The notes: a model not told the origin generated them from the letters alone. Shown: positions 31,539 to 42,236, counted from the first letter of the stretch. The stretch is 64,000 nucleotides of DNA from an uncultured bacterium (GCA_963822585.1 CAWGIE010000031.1:64001-128000), one strand, 5' to 3'. A program made the numbers and translations.

Positions 31539-32942
31539 TTACCGGATGGCTAGTGCCGAAGTAGCCAGGTTGTGGAATTCTTTCCAGGATTTCACCTTCC
31601 TGATCCTTTTCCAGATATAGGAAGGGCGGTAATAGTACCTTTGGAAGAACCGGCGCTGGAGAGAATCGAGTTGTCGGGGGGTGAAAGTGGAACCGATTCC
31701 CGGCAATGTACTGAGAATCCCGGCATTACCCAACGTGTATTCCCGCCAGTAATCAATGCCCGATCTCTCAATAAGTTGCCGGTAGACGGGAGAAGGAGGT
31801 TGGGGGACCATTTTATTCACCTGGATAAAATCACAATTGAGTTCCAGGGCAAACCTCATCGTATCCCTTACGTCTTCCTCGGTCTCACCGGGGAAACCGA
31901 TGATGAAAAAACCGAGTGTCGTAATCCCCTCCTCTTGGGTCCAGCGTACGGCCCGGCGGATAACATCAAGCGGAATATCCCGGTTCATCCTTTTTAAGAT
32001 CTCCGGGTTACCGGACTCAATCCCGAAGTTAATCTTGGTCAAGCCCGATTCCTTCATAGCATGGAGCATTTCTCGGTCCACGTAGTCGGGCCGAGCCCGG
32101 ACGGACCAGTGGACTTTCAAGCCGTGGGCTTGGATCAATTCGCAGGTCTTGAGGATCCTTGAACGCTGGAGGGTAAACGTCTCATCCTGGAATAATATCT
32201 CGCGAATGCCATATCGGTTAACGCATTCATCGATCTCCTCCACCACATGTTCGGGGGACCGGGATTGATACCGGCCGGCGGGAACGTCGCAATACGCGCA
32301 TTTCAGGGGGCAACCAAGGGCGGAGAGCATGATGGTGATCGGCCATTCCTGGGTCATAACGGTGGTATACCTCTCGTTGGGCAGGAGGTAGCGGGCCATC
32401 AGGGGCACATCTTCCAATGTTAGTTTATTCGGTCTCGGCTCCGTGGCCCGGTATTCGCCGTCTTCCCGGTAACAGATACCTCTTATCCGGGAGAGGTCGT
32501 CCCGGTTTGAAAGAGTCTGGAGAAGTTCCGGAACCGTTTCCCAGCCGTCACCGATCACACCATAATCGATCTCAGGATAGGAAAACACCTCCCGGGGATA
32601 AATACTCATCTGGAGCCCACCGACAATGACGGGAAGGTTGGTCCGCTTTTTGATCCCTCGGATCCAGGCCAGCGAATTGAGGAAGTTCTGGGTGCAGAGG
32701 CTGTAGCAAACCGCGAAGGGAGCGAATTCCCGGACCCGTTCGGCGGTCTCTTCCAAACTCAACCCCAGGGCGAAAGCGTCGATAATCCGGACCTGGTAAC
32801 CGGCTTTTTCCAGGTAAGCGGCGAGATAGGCGATCGAGGTGTTAGGAAGAACATACGCGCTCGAGGTGTATTGCCGGGCCACCCTCTTGGTGTAGATCTG
32901 CTCGGTGACCGCCATCGGTGGGTTGATGAATACGATTCGCAT
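31539..32942 (-). CDS. B12-binding domain radical SAM protein
   Basis: SIAYLAAYL, GGLQMS, IGDG, LGCPLKCAYC, FQDETF, FGIESG. Confidence 0.9.
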   Translation of the reverse strand: MRIVFINPPMAVTEQIYTKRVARQYTSSAYVLPNTSIAYLAAYLEKAGYQVRIIDAFALGLSLEETAERVREFAPFAVCYSLCTQNFLNSLAWIRGIKKRTNLPVIVGGLQMSIYPREVFSYPEIDYGVIGDGWETVPELLQTLSNRDDLSRIRGICYREDGEYRATEPRPNKLTLEDVPLMARYLLPNERYTTVMTQEWPITIMLSALGCPLKCAYCDVPAGRYQSRSPEHVVEEIDECVNRYGIREILFQDETFTLQRSRILKTCELIQAHGLKVHWSVRARPDYVDREMLHAMKESGLTKINFGIESGNPEILKRMNRDIPLDVIRRAVRWTQEEGITTLGFFIIGFPGETEEDVRDTMRFALELNCDFIQVNKMVPQPPSPVYRQLIERSGIDYWREYTLGNAGILSTLPGIGSTFTPRQLDSLQRRFFQRYYYRPSYIWKRIRKVKSWKEFHNLATSALAIR

Positions 32943-33086
32943 TTAGGTAATCTCCCGAATTCCGGGGCAAACTCCCCGGACCGGCGTGATAACCAAGACT
33001 TCCCGTAGAATTCGCTTCCCCCCGTCCTGGTGATGGTATAGGGTATATGTTCGCGGATACGCCGCACAACCGAAAAATCAGCAACG

Positions 33087-34463
33087 ATGAAGAAACATCT
33101 ACTGCCCGCTCTCGCCCTGACCGCCGTCGTGTTCTCTCTTAACCTCCCTTCCCTTCGCTACGGCTATCTTCTGGAAGATTACTACTATCTGCGTTCCTAT
33201 ACCCTGGAAGAGATCGCGACCGTCTTCCATTCCCACTGGGAACCGTCAATGCTCGAGACCAAGGGCTACCGGCCCTTTCACGCGGTGCACTACGCCTTCT
33301 TCCACTGGCTGATCGGAGGGGACCCGACCGCCAACCACCTTCTGAACCTCATTCTCCACCTCTGCGGGGTCTTCCTCCTCTACGCTCTCGTCCAGAGATG
33401 TCGCCCGCGGTCCTCCGCCGCCTTCTGGACGGCCCTCATCTACAGCTGCCTGGGAACCACCTCCTGGCAGGTTTCCCAGTTGACCAATCGTCAGCACCTG
33501 CTGCTGGTAATTTTTCTACTGGCATCATTGATTGCCTACCATCGATATCTCTTGAAACAGGCCGGACTGTCCTGGCTCGCCGCTCTGGCCTTCTTCATTT
33601 GCGCTCTCCTGCTCAAGGAAGTGGCGGTGGTATTTCCCCTAATTATCTCCGCTTTCGCCCTGATCGTGGGGCAAAAGACCCTCCGGGGACAGTTCAAGCC
33701 TCTGCTCCCCTTTTTCCTGCTGCTGGTTGTTTTTCTCACCGTCCGTTATGCTGTTCTCCAGCCCCTTCCCAATACCTTTATTCATCCACCGCCGCCGCCC
33801 CATACGCCGGGACGAGCACTCGCGGATTACTCCCACGGCCTCCTGGCCAGCCTTCTGCAGTCCCACGGTATGCGCGATCCCGGAAGTCCCGAATTTCCCG
33901 TCTACGCACGGGGCGTGCGGGATACCAGGAGCGTCGTGGCCCTCTGCTCGCTCGCCGGGCTCCTGATCTTCTCCCTGCCGCTGCTCTTCCGCCGGGGCTC
34001 CACCGCCGGGAGGCGGATATTCTTCTTCGGCCTGGCCCTCCTCCTCATCGCCAACGTTATGGTCGCCGCATGGTACCGGACCAACCGCCTGTTCATCACT
34101 TCTCTGGGGGTGGCGATAATGGACGGGACAGCCATGGCGGCGGCCTTCCAAGCACTGTCTCGCCCGTCCGGGAAGAAGGCGTTCCTGGGAGCCTCGGCGG
34201 CGGTGCTGTTCTTCGCCGTCTACCTGGGCGCGAACCTCCACACATACCTGGAAATTCAGTGGGGACTGAGACCGGATGGTCATATAGCGAAAGTCTGGGA
34301 CCGCTGGCTGATCGAGGAAGATCTCCTGCCCTGGATCCCGGAAGAGCAGATGAATATCTTCGAGTCGCAGTTGCGCAGGACGGGGAAACTCGGATGGACG
34401 GAATCCCTGCCCCGCCGGGGAATGACCGGCCCGAAGGACGAACCCGAAGCTCTTCCAGAATAG
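33087..34463 (+). CDS. GT-C-type (TMTC/PMT-like) membrane glycosyltransferase
   Basis: ED after TM1, YRP, HLLNLILH and LLKE motifs; about 11 TMs. Confidence 0.7.
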   Translation: MKKHLLPALALTAVVFSLNLPSLRYGYLLEDYYYLRSYTLEEIATVFHSHWEPSMLETKGYRPFHAVHYAFFHWLIGGDPTANHLLNLILHLCGVFLLYALVQRCRPRSSAAFWTALIYSCLGTTSWQVSQLTNRQHLLLVIFLLASLIAYHRYLLKQAGLSWLAALAFFICALLLKEVAVVFPLIISAFALIVGQKTLRGQFKPLLPFFLLLVVFLTVRYAVLQPLPNTFIHPPPPPHTPGRALADYSHGLLASLLQSHGMRDPGSPEFPVYARGVRDTRSVVALCSLAGLLIFSLPLLFRRGSTAGRRIFFFGLALLLIANVMVAAWYRTNRLFITSLGVAIMDGTAMAAAFQALSRPSGKKAFLGASAAVLFFAVYLGANLHTYLEIQWGLRPDGHIAKVWDRWLIEEDLLPWIPEEQMNIFESQLRRTGKLGWTESLPRRGMTGPKDEPEALPE

Positions 34464-34704
34464 AGGAGCGGGAAAACTTCTCCGTGCGGCCCGATGTGCA
34501 GATCGGTATAGGGGATGAAACAGCGCGCGTTGCATCGCCAGGTCACCATAATCTCGGAAGAAATCGGCCCGGTTAATGCCCGGCCCAGGCCGGGAGATCA
34601 GGCTGCCCCCAGCAACCGCCCCGGCCAGCGCAGGGCGCGACCCCGCTTGACCTCGTCCCACCAGAGCTTGAGGTATTTCCTCCTCATCGGAGGAATCCAG
34701 CGGT

Positions 34705-35457
34705 TCAGATCGGGCGCGCGGCGGCGCGCAGCCGCTCCAGGGCGCGGCGCAGGGCGGGCAGGTGGAAGAGGATATGGAGAATCACCCCGGGGATCCGGCG
34801 CGGAGGCATCCCCCGCGACTGATTGGGGCGAGCGGTTGCGACCACCGGGACCTCTTGCAGGCGAGCCCCCATCGCCATCATTCTCAGGGTGATCTCGGCG
34901 TTAATCAGGTCGCGGAAGATTAGTTTATCTCCGGCAATCGCCTGGGCCAGACCGCGGCGGTAGAGGCGCAGTCCGCTGTCGATATCGCGAACCGGCAACC
35001 GGAAATATCGGCTGACCAGGTTATTGAAGACCCGGGTCATTAACCGACGATATCTCTGGTCCCGCCGGGAGACCTTCACTGCCACGATCAGATCGGCGCG
35101 GTCGCGGTATGGTTCCAGTTTCCAGAAATCTTCCGGGTTGAACTTCCCGCCGGTATCGCTGAAGAGCACCCATTCGCGGCCGGGAAGTTTCAGGGCGTCG
35201 AGCAGCGCCTGCTTGTAACCCTTTCGCTCTTTCCCCTGGACCAGACGGATAGGGAGGCGGACGGTCAGGGCCCGGAGGATCTCGCTGGTGCCGTCGGTGC
35301 TCCCATCCTCGGCCACGATCAGTTCTGAACCGGGGAGTTTCTCCACCACCTCGCGGTAAAATCCCTCCACCTCTTTCTCGATCACTTCCGCCTCGTTATA
35401 GGCGATCAGAATCACCGAAACCGGAGTTGGGGAGGACTTATCTTCGTAAGGATCCAT
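34705..35457 (-). CDS. GT2 glycosyltransferase (polyprenol-phosphate sugar synthase-like)
   Basis: AYNEA, AEDGSTDGT, FSDTGG, DIDSGLRL. Confidence 0.88.
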   Translation of the reverse strand: MDPYEDKSSPTPVSVILIAYNEAEVIEKEVEGFYREVVEKLPGSELIVAEDGSTDGTSEILRALTVRLPIRLVQGKERKGYKQALLDALKLPGREWVLFSDTGGKFNPEDFWKLEPYRDRADLIVAVKVSRRDQRYRRLMTRVFNNLVSRYFRLPVRDIDSGLRLYRRGLAQAIAGDKLIFRDLINAEITLRMMAMGARLQEVPVVATARPNQSRGMPPRRIPGVILHILFHLPALRRALERLRAAARPI

Positions 35458-35550
35458 CGAATATTTTTAACCAACAATAATAAGCCAAAGCGGTCAGGCT
35501 AATTTAGGGTTAAGCTTCGCAAGAGTATCTTAATAACCGAAATATTTTTC

Positions 35551-36948
35551 TCAGCGATTTACCAGATAAAGATGAATAAACTCTTCCAGTTTGATGATGA
35601 CCTCATCGAAGGTGCGAATCTTGACCAGACGTTTAAACCAATATCCGGGGCGGCCGAAGAAACGGCGAACGCATTTTAGCCGGTTCTCCGCATGTTCTAC
35701 CATGCTCTTCCGTGCGGCGGTGGTATCGTATCCCCATGCCCCTCTCTCAAGCCGGCCGGCATTGAGCGTCTTTTGCCGTTCCCGCGAACCCAGCATGGGA
35801 ATATAAATATTGAAAGAAGCATAATCGAGCCGTAAAGCGATGGCAAAGTCGGCGATCAGCTTCCAGTCCTGCGGCGAATCGTCCAGGCCCATGATGAAAT
35901 CGCCGCAGACGTCCATCCCCAGGCGGTGGCACTTTCGCACGAATTCGCTGATCTCCGAAGTGCTGATTTTCCGGTTAAATATGACCAGGTTTTCCGGGTG
36001 GCTGCTCTCCACACCGACGATCACTGTATGGCAACCGCAGGCTGCCATCCGTTCCAGTAACTTGTCCGGCACATTTTTGGGGGTCATATAACAGTGCCAG
36101 CTGAAGCGAAGACCGCCTTCATCCATCCCGTCTAATATCTCCCGGCCGAGCTGAGGCGGCATCCCGAACGTGGCATCCCCGAAGAAGATTTCTTTCACCT
36201 TCAGCTTCTTCAGGTAGGCAAGCTCGCGAAGTACACTCCCGGCACTCCGGTAGGCGAAGGGAAGATACGGAGAGGAGTAGGAGCAATATGAACAGTTGAA
36301 CGGGCAGCTCCAGTTGGCATTTACGATCGTGGCGCTTCTGTACTTGTCGAACGGAGAGCGCTGGCGCCGGTTGAGAAAAATTTCGTGACGGGGGATCGGA
36401 AGATCCACCGGCGACTTGACGGTAACCGGCGGAAGAGCGGATTCCCCTCGCTCCAGACATTGGAGAAGGGAAGTGCTCAGTGAGCGACCGCTCTCGAAAT
36501 AGGCGCCCAGGGCGGGGTCGAAAGGGTGTCGGATGATGGTAACCTCATTGGATAGCGCCTGTTCCACAAATTCCCGTTCCTGAAAGATATCCCCCAGGAC
36601 CGCGATCCGGAGTTTCGGGAACCGGTGACGCAGGAACCAGAGCGTCGCGAGGTCCTCCCCCCAGACGATCGAGGACATGGACATGACCAGAGCGTTAACC
36701 CGTTCCCGCTCGATAAACGCGCAGATGGCATCAGGTGTGCTCCGATGGATAAAGCTGTCTATGTAGCTGACTTTGGCCGTGGGAGGCACCCAGGAACTGA
36801 GCAGAATGAAGTCAAACGGCTTCCAGACGTAAATCGCCTTGGAAAGCCAGTTGCAGACGATCCCCCGATACACCGTCCGCTCGGCGGGAGGGTTGAGAAA
36901 CAGCAGGTGCCGGGACGGGAAATTCTCCTTTCCGGGATGTTCGTTCAT
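35551..36948 (-). CDS. Radical SAM protein with degenerate B12-binding-type N-terminal domain
   Basis: LFLNPP start, WSCPFNCSYC, FFGDATF, VGVESS; lacks recognisable GGxH and GEGE motifs. Confidence 0.8.
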   Translation of the reverse strand: MNEHPGKENFPSRHLLFLNPPAERTVYRGIVCNWLSKAIYVWKPFDFILLSSWVPPTAKVSYIDSFIHRSTPDAICAFIERERVNALVMSMSSIVWGEDLATLWFLRHRFPKLRIAVLGDIFQEREFVEQALSNEVTIIRHPFDPALGAYFESGRSLSTSLLQCLERGESALPPVTVKSPVDLPIPRHEIFLNRRQRSPFDKYRSATIVNANWSCPFNCSYCSYSSPYLPFAYRSAGSVLRELAYLKKLKVKEIFFGDATFGMPPQLGREILDGMDEGGLRFSWHCYMTPKNVPDKLLERMAACGCHTVIVGVESSHPENLVIFNRKISTSEISEFVRKCHRLGMDVCGDFIMGLDDSPQDWKLIADFAIALRLDYASFNIYIPMLGSRERQKTLNAGRLERGAWGYDTTAARKSMVEHAENRLKCVRRFFGRPGYWFKRLVKIRTFDEVIIKLEEFIHLYLVNR

Positions 36949-36952
36949 GGGG

Positions 36953-38350
36953 TCAGGAATGAAGCAGGGCGAATGCGCTCCTTAAGTCGCTCAGGAGCCT
37001 TTTCTCCCGCAGACTTTTTGCTACCCGTTTGAGAATGTATGAAAACCTGAAATAATACCTCTTGTTGTATTTTTTATACAGAGCATATATTGTCGAAGAC
37101 GGCATCCGGTCGTGGCTATAGAGGAGGGCCGGATCCGTGGCGAAGTTAAAAAGATCCCAGTCCCGACTTAAAAGCCTGCCCTCGGCATCCAGCGCCGCAA
37201 ACAACCTGGTCCCGGGAAGGGGGATGGTGATCGCAAACTTGACGTAATCCGCCCGGAGCTTTCTGGCGAACGCAAATGACCGGGCCGCGTCCCTCTCCGA
37301 CTCGGTCGGTAACCCGATCATGAAATTACACTCCGTTTCCAGACCCGCCTCAGCCGCCCATCGAACCGCCTGCTCGACCGCCTCCAGTGAAAGTCGTTTC
37401 CCGACCACATCAAGAACCCGTTGCGACCCGCTCTCCACGCCAAAGGGGACCTTATAGCATCCTGTCTTCTTCATCATTCGAAACATCTCGGGACTGGCCC
37501 GGTCGGCCCTGATTCCTCCGTTCGGGTACCAGGTAAACTCCAGACCCCGGCGCAGGATCTCCTCGCACATCTCGATCACCCTATCGGGAAGGGTGGAGAA
37601 CCCGTCGTCCACGATATGGATCTCGCGGAAACCTTCCCGGAGAAGAAACTCCATCTCGTCCACGACCCTGGCCGGCGACTTGGCCAGATATCTATGGCCG
37701 AAGATTTTCTTGTTGCAGAACACGCAGTCGGCAAAACAACCCCGGCTCGACTCCATGTTGGCGACCGGATTTCTCCGGGACGTGAGCTGGGAATGTACAT
37801 ACTTGGGGATATCATCCGGGTTATATCGGGGATAGGGAAGATCGTCCAGATTTCGCACTTCGGGCGCCGATACGGTCCCTTCACGAATGGTCCCATCCGC
37901 TCGCGTCCACAGCCCCCGATAATCAACACGACCGGCGAGGAGCTCCGGAAAAAGAACGTCGCCCGGGCCGGATACGACATAATCGAGACCACTCTCACGG
38001 ATCGTCTCCTCCGGTAGGGCGGTCGGATGAGGACCGCCCGCGGCCAGCAAGACGTTGTTCCCCATGGTCCGCAAGGCGGTGGCGGATCGTCTCACCGACG
38101 AAAAGAGCGGGGTGGTCATGGTAAAACCGATCAGTTCGGGTTTGAACCGGCCAACCGCTATCAGCAGATCCGGGACCGAGCAGTTGTTGACGTTCATATC
38201 GAATACTTCCGTCTCATGGCCGAACCGAGCGGCGATAGCGGCCAAAAGGGCGAGGCCCAAGGGGGACGTTCCGCGGTTAATGGCCATTTTAATCAGAGAG
38301 CGCCCGTAAACCCGTTCGTAATAATTAGGATTGACCAGCAGAATCTTCAT
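36953..38350 (-). CDS. B12-binding domain radical SAM protein
   Basis: SPLGLALLAA, GGPHPT, SRGCFADCVFC, VDDGF, FGVESG, PLPGT. Confidence 0.92.
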   Translation of the reverse strand: MKILLVNPNYYERVYGRSLIKMAINRGTSPLGLALLAAIAARFGHETEVFDMNVNNCSVPDLLIAVGRFKPELIGFTMTTPLFSSVRRSATALRTMGNNVLLAAGGPHPTALPEETIRESGLDYVVSGPGDVLFPELLAGRVDYRGLWTRADGTIREGTVSAPEVRNLDDLPYPRYNPDDIPKYVHSQLTSRRNPVANMESSRGCFADCVFCNKKIFGHRYLAKSPARVVDEMEFLLREGFREIHIVDDGFSTLPDRVIEMCEEILRRGLEFTWYPNGGIRADRASPEMFRMMKKTGCYKVPFGVESGSQRVLDVVGKRLSLEAVEQAVRWAAEAGLETECNFMIGLPTESERDAARSFAFARKLRADYVKFAITIPLPGTRLFAALDAEGRLLSRDWDLFNFATDPALLYSHDRMPSSTIYALYKKYNKRYYFRFSYILKRVAKSLREKRLLSDLRSAFALLHS

Positions 38351-38358
38351 TGTTCGTT

Positions 38359-39960
38359 CTATCTCAATTTTAAAACTAATAGCTTTGCATCAATAAGGTC
38401 TTTTCTGATTCCTATTGTCCTTTCAGAAATCTCAATAAACATATATCTATTCTCGTTATCATTCACATATTTCACTATTTCATCCTGCCATCTGTTGGGA
38501 ACATTTTCAGGGTACATACTTATCAACGCCGGACACTTATTTGTTAGTACGGATATAATATGGTTGGCCGAAAATATTTCTCCCCTCTCATCGTTAGGAT
38601 ATACCTGAAGCCACGCCTGCTCGAACCCCGGCGGATTCCCCCAGGCCTCGTCAAACATTAAGTAACTGACATGCCTGCGAGTCCATGGGAACGCTACCGA
38701 TAATACTTTTTCGTTTCTAGGAATTATCTCTGTCAATGCCGTCTCAATCGCGAGGTCCCGGTCCAAGGAACAATCTCTACCCATAAAACTATAGGAATTT
38801 TTATTCCTATGCAAATCAAGGGCGATAGCAGCCACGCTGACAACAATCAAGAGTACCGGGAAAGCTATTTTCAGCGCTTTTTTGCATTCTCCGTATATTC
38901 GCGATACTACTAAACCCATTGGGATTACCGAAGCTACTATGCCGGGCACTAAATACTGACGGAATGGCATACTGGCCATAATCCATGATAATGATGCCCC
39001 CGAGAGCACCGCCAGCGATACTATCAGGGAACGGTCCCATTTCTTGCGAAAACATTGGATGACGTATGCCAGCGCGGTGAAACCCCATAGTATAATCACG
39101 TGAGGATACCTGATCGCGTAAGGATACAATAATTTTTCCACGGGACTGTTCCCGGTGGCCTTTACATATTGCCAGAAACGCATATTCAGAACAGCGGATT
39201 GGCGAATATCAGCCGGCAGATTCGTGCCCGCTATTTGGCACAACAGTTGCCCGAATACAAGGGCCGTACCTATCCCCGCCAATATATACACCGCACCGAG
39301 GCGGGCTTTATGTTTGGAAAGATAATTTGATACGCAGACGGCAATAAGCACTAATCCTAGGATAATAATGTACTTCGGATTAATAAGAATAGAAGCACCG
39401 GCGGTAAAACCGACCAGCAGATTTGTTGTCATTTTATTCGATGTATACGCAGCCGTTATGCTCAGTACGGCCAAAACCGCTGACAGTCCATCGGAGCGAG
39501 CTTCTGAAAAAATACTCAATACACTGACGGAGGTTACTGCCACGAGAAATGTAACCGCGGCGATCATTGCATTCCGCAGTAGTTTTCTGGCCACGTAAAT
39601 GGCGGAGATCCCGATCAACAACAGGCAAAATATCGACAGCTCCCTCAGTAGAAGAATACTGATCGGCTTATCTATAATCAATGCCCGAAGCGGCCAAAAG
39701 AGCACATAGAAAGCCGCCGGATAGGGACAGAAGAAGTCGTGATGCGGTCTCAGTCCTAAAAGGCACATTTGCAGGAAGTGCATATTCAGCCGCTCATCGT
39801 AAAAGATGCACCTCGGCAAGAATATACCAAGCGCAATCCCCACAGGCACAGCTATGCTCACGAATAGCATAACTTTATCCAATACAGATGCCGTTGCCGG
39901 AACTTGCTGCACTGAGCTACGGCTCGGCGCCGTCAGAGAATTATTTTTCCTCTTATCCAT
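38359..39960 (-). CDS. GT-C/PMT-like membrane glycosyltransferase (AT-rich gene)
   Basis: YDE after TM1, G.RP..DFF..YP, EARSD, QYLVP; many TMs. Confidence 0.7.
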   Translation of the reverse strand: MDKRKNNSLTAPSRSSVQQVPATASVLDKVMLFVSIAVPVGIALGIFLPRCIFYDERLNMHFLQMCLLGLRPHHDFFCPYPAAFYVLFWPLRALIIDKPISILLLRELSIFCLLLIGISAIYVARKLLRNAMIAAVTFLVAVTSVSVLSIFSEARSDGLSAVLAVLSITAAYTSNKMTTNLLVGFTAGASILINPKYIIILGLVLIAVCVSNYLSKHKARLGAVYILAGIGTALVFGQLLCQIAGTNLPADIRQSAVLNMRFWQYVKATGNSPVEKLLYPYAIRYPHVIILWGFTALAYVIQCFRKKWDRSLIVSLAVLSGASLSWIMASMPFRQYLVPGIVASVIPMGLVVSRIYGECKKALKIAFPVLLIVVSVAAIALDLHRNKNSYSFMGRDCSLDRDLAIETALTEIIPRNEKVLSVAFPWTRRHVSYLMFDEAWGNPPGFEQAWLQVYPNDERGEIFSANHIISVLTNKCPALISMYPENVPNRWQDEIVKYVNDNENRYMFIEISERTIGIRKDLIDAKLLVLKLR

Positions 39961-40044
39961 AAAAAAACCCGCTGGGCGGCGGGAGAATTAACGATTCCAT
40001 TAGCCCTGATTTTGCCAACCTGAACCATCCTGTGGACGAATCGA

Positions 40045-40728
40045 TTACAGCTTACCCTCGCAACTGGCGTCCCGGAGAAATGTCCGGACTGTCTCCCTGG
40101 AATAGGGATGGAGGGGCATCTTCGCCAGCAGGGCCGGGGTGACGGTCACGAAATGCGCCCCCGCCTCCAGCCAGTCCGCCACGTTGGCGACTTCCCGGGT
40201 CGAGCCGACGATTATCTTCGCCTTCAACTCCAAGTCGTCGATCAGCCCCCGTAGCCGGGAGATCTCCCCTCCGGCGTCGTGGCCCATATCACTGATCCGC
40301 CCCCCGAAGAGAGAGACATAACTGGCCCCGGCCAGGGCCGCCAGTAGGCCCTGCTGGGCGCTCATCATCGCGGTAACGTTAACAGCCACCCCGTCCTCGG
40401 TCTCCAGGCGGTGGGTAATCTCCAGGTTGACGAGTTCCCCCTCCGGGCCGTGAATCGGGATCTTGACATTGATATTCTCGGCCCAGCCGGCGAACTGGCG
40501 GGCCTGGGCCAGCATCTCTTCCGGCTCGTTGCTGGTGACCTCTACCGAGAGCGGATAGGGCTTGATGATTTCCGCGATCTCCACCTGGCGGACTTTGAGT
40601 TCCTCCAGCCCCCCCCGGAATCCTTCCCGATGCAGGATGGTGGGGTTAGTGGTGACCCCCCGGATGATCCCCATCTTCACGAACCTGCGGATCTCTCCAA
40701 CATCACCCGAATCTAAAAATATAGCCAT
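40045..40728 (-). CDS. tal: Transaldolase (short TalC/FSA-type)
   Basis: IFLDS, GVTTNP, SVEV, VKIP (Schiff-base Lys), VNVT, SLFGGR. Glu and Phe at the discriminating positions favour transaldolase over FSA. Confidence 0.85.
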   Translation of the reverse strand: MAIFLDSGDVGEIRRFVKMGIIRGVTTNPTILHREGFRGGLEELKVRQVEIAEIIKPYPLSVEVTSNEPEEMLAQARQFAGWAENINVKIPIHGPEGELVNLEITHRLETEDGVAVNVTAMMSAQQGLLAALAGASYVSLFGGRISDMGHDAGGEISRLRGLIDDLELKAKIIVGSTREVANVADWLEAGAHFVTVTPALLAKMPLHPYSRETVRTFLRDASCEGKL

Positions 40729-40934
40729 GGGAAACCTCTTTTATTTGTAGACAAATAAATATTGCGATCCCCTCCCTCAGCCTCTTTTTTAACAGACGAT
40801 TGAATGTGATTGGATAGGATTTATTTTGCCCGAAGCAAAGCGGAAATATCGGATATTTAAGCGGAATGCTTTGTTTCATCAACCTATTTTAACCCCAGCA
40901 AACCGGGGCACGCAGATAAATTGGCTTACAGATA

Positions 40935-41165
40935 TTATTTACTTTCCATGTATAATATATCTGGACAGATATCTTGCCCATGAGGCCAGGATATTGTCCC
41001 CATAAAAGGCTTGGCTTGTTTAAAATACGATATCTCTTTCAATTCATTAAACACGCCAAAATCAAGATAAAGACTCATATCGAATTTTCTCTTTTCTCCG
41101 TTTTTAAATTCGACAGTTAAAGTAAAATCATTATTCGCAATCACATTTTTTACTCTTGGATACAT
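40935..41165 (-). CDS. DUF2442 protein (putative antitoxin)
   Basis: LTVEFKNGE...FD...GTISWPHGQDICPDILY; probable start MYPRVKNV. Confidence 0.8.
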   Translation of the reverse strand: MYPRVKNVIANNDFTLTVEFKNGEKRKFDMSLYLDFGVFNELKEISYFKQAKPFMGTISWPHGQDICPDILYMESK

Positions 41166-41170
41166 TCTAA

Positions 41171-41432
41171 TCACCGTAATGGTTCTACAGGGAAAGGATG
41201 TTCCCCGCTCACTGCTAATTCCCAATCGGCCATTAAATCCTCTTTATGTATTTCAATCCATGCCTGAATAAGTTTTAATTTATTTGATTTCATTTCCCCT
41301 TCAAGTAACTCGCCTTCAGGGATAGAAATAACCGCTTCTTGATCTTGATATTTAACATGGAGATGTGGTCTCTTATGCTTTTTATTATCGATGAAATACA
41401 TTAATACCATAAAACATACTAATTACCGGCAT
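41171..41432 (-). pseudogene. DUF4160 protein (putative toxin), frameshifted near the 5' end
   Basis: AGGAGG RBS, then MPVISMFYGI in one frame (stop after 15 aa) and MYFIDNKKHKRPHLHV...W...H...L...W in another. Confidence 0.75.
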
Positions 41433-41509
41433 GATTTCCTCCTACTATTTTTCTTTTCATTGTGCTGATGTCGCATCATTACCTTCTTCATTTTGATTTC
41501 GTCATTAAG

Positions 41510-42115
41510 TCATTTATCTGCTCCCTCGGATTCCCATTTCATCTCTGCCACTTTCATCTCCGGATGGGAGACGATCAGATGGGTGATGACCGACTGGAAG
41601 GCCTCGGTATGGGGAGTGACGCTATCCGGGTTCACCATAGGAACAATAACACAGGCATCGGCTACCCGGGCCGTATACCCCCCTTCCCTCCCGACAACCC
41701 CGAAGATCTTCGCGCCGACCCCGCGGGCATACTTGAGTGCATTCACGATATTCACGCTGATCTTCTTCTTTTCATCGCCGCCCCCGACCGAGTAGACAAA
41801 GACACCGTCAGCCGGGTCAAGCCGGCTCCCTTTCAGCCAGGCCGAAAAAGTGGTCTCCCACCCGTCATCGTTAATCCGGGCGGTCAGCTCGGAGACGTTG
41901 TCGGCCGGGCTGTACGCTTCGATACCGGCGATCTTCCTGAAGTCATTCACGGCGTGAGAAGCCATCCCGGCACCGCCGCCCACGCCCAGGAGAAATAACC
42001 GGCCGCGCCTGTCCCGGAGTTCACACAGACCCCGGATTATTTCCTTGATCGCGGCCGGGTCGAGAAGATCCATTATCTCTTTCGTTTCCTCAAGGTATTT
42101 TTCAGTGTAGTTCAT
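41510..42115 (-). CDS. gmhA: Phosphoheptose isomerase, SIS domain
   Basis: GVGGGAGMASHAVND, TARINDDG, SVGGG, GREGG, E..Q...H. Probable start ATG 42115 (MNYTEKY). Confidence 0.8.
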   Translation of the reverse strand: MNYTEKYLEETKEIMDLLDPAAIKEIIRGLCELRDRRGRLFLLGVGGGAGMASHAVNDFRKIAGIEAYSPADNVSELTARINDDGWETTFSAWLKGSRLDPADGVFVYSVGGGDEKKKISVNIVNALKYARGVGAKIFGVVGREGGYTARVADACVIVPMVNPDSVTPHTEAFQSVITHLIVSHPEMKVAEMKWESEGADK

Positions 42116-42120
42116 TACAT

Positions 42121-42184
42121 TCTTTAGGGCTTCTGAGATATCATTTATTCGACGATTACCATCCACATCCCGATTCGACGGCGC
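42121..42184 (-). repeat. Relic duplicate of the gmhB 3' end (other copy 42878-42941)
   Basis: 49/64 nt identical by manual alignment; APSNRDVDGNRRINDISEALK vs APYNQEVNGNHRIKDISEALK. Confidence 0.85.
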
Positions 42185-42236
42185 TGTTTTGAATTCTGTA
42201 GCCAGGGTCGATGACCTTGGCTCTGGTAATTGTGTA

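Noticed and set aside
33398..34661. Long alternative ORFs (392 aa, 340 aa; likewise 7314..8366, 53025..54032, 59312..60511)
   Set aside because: They are shadow frames of well-supported genes in GC-rich DNA with no recognisable motifs.
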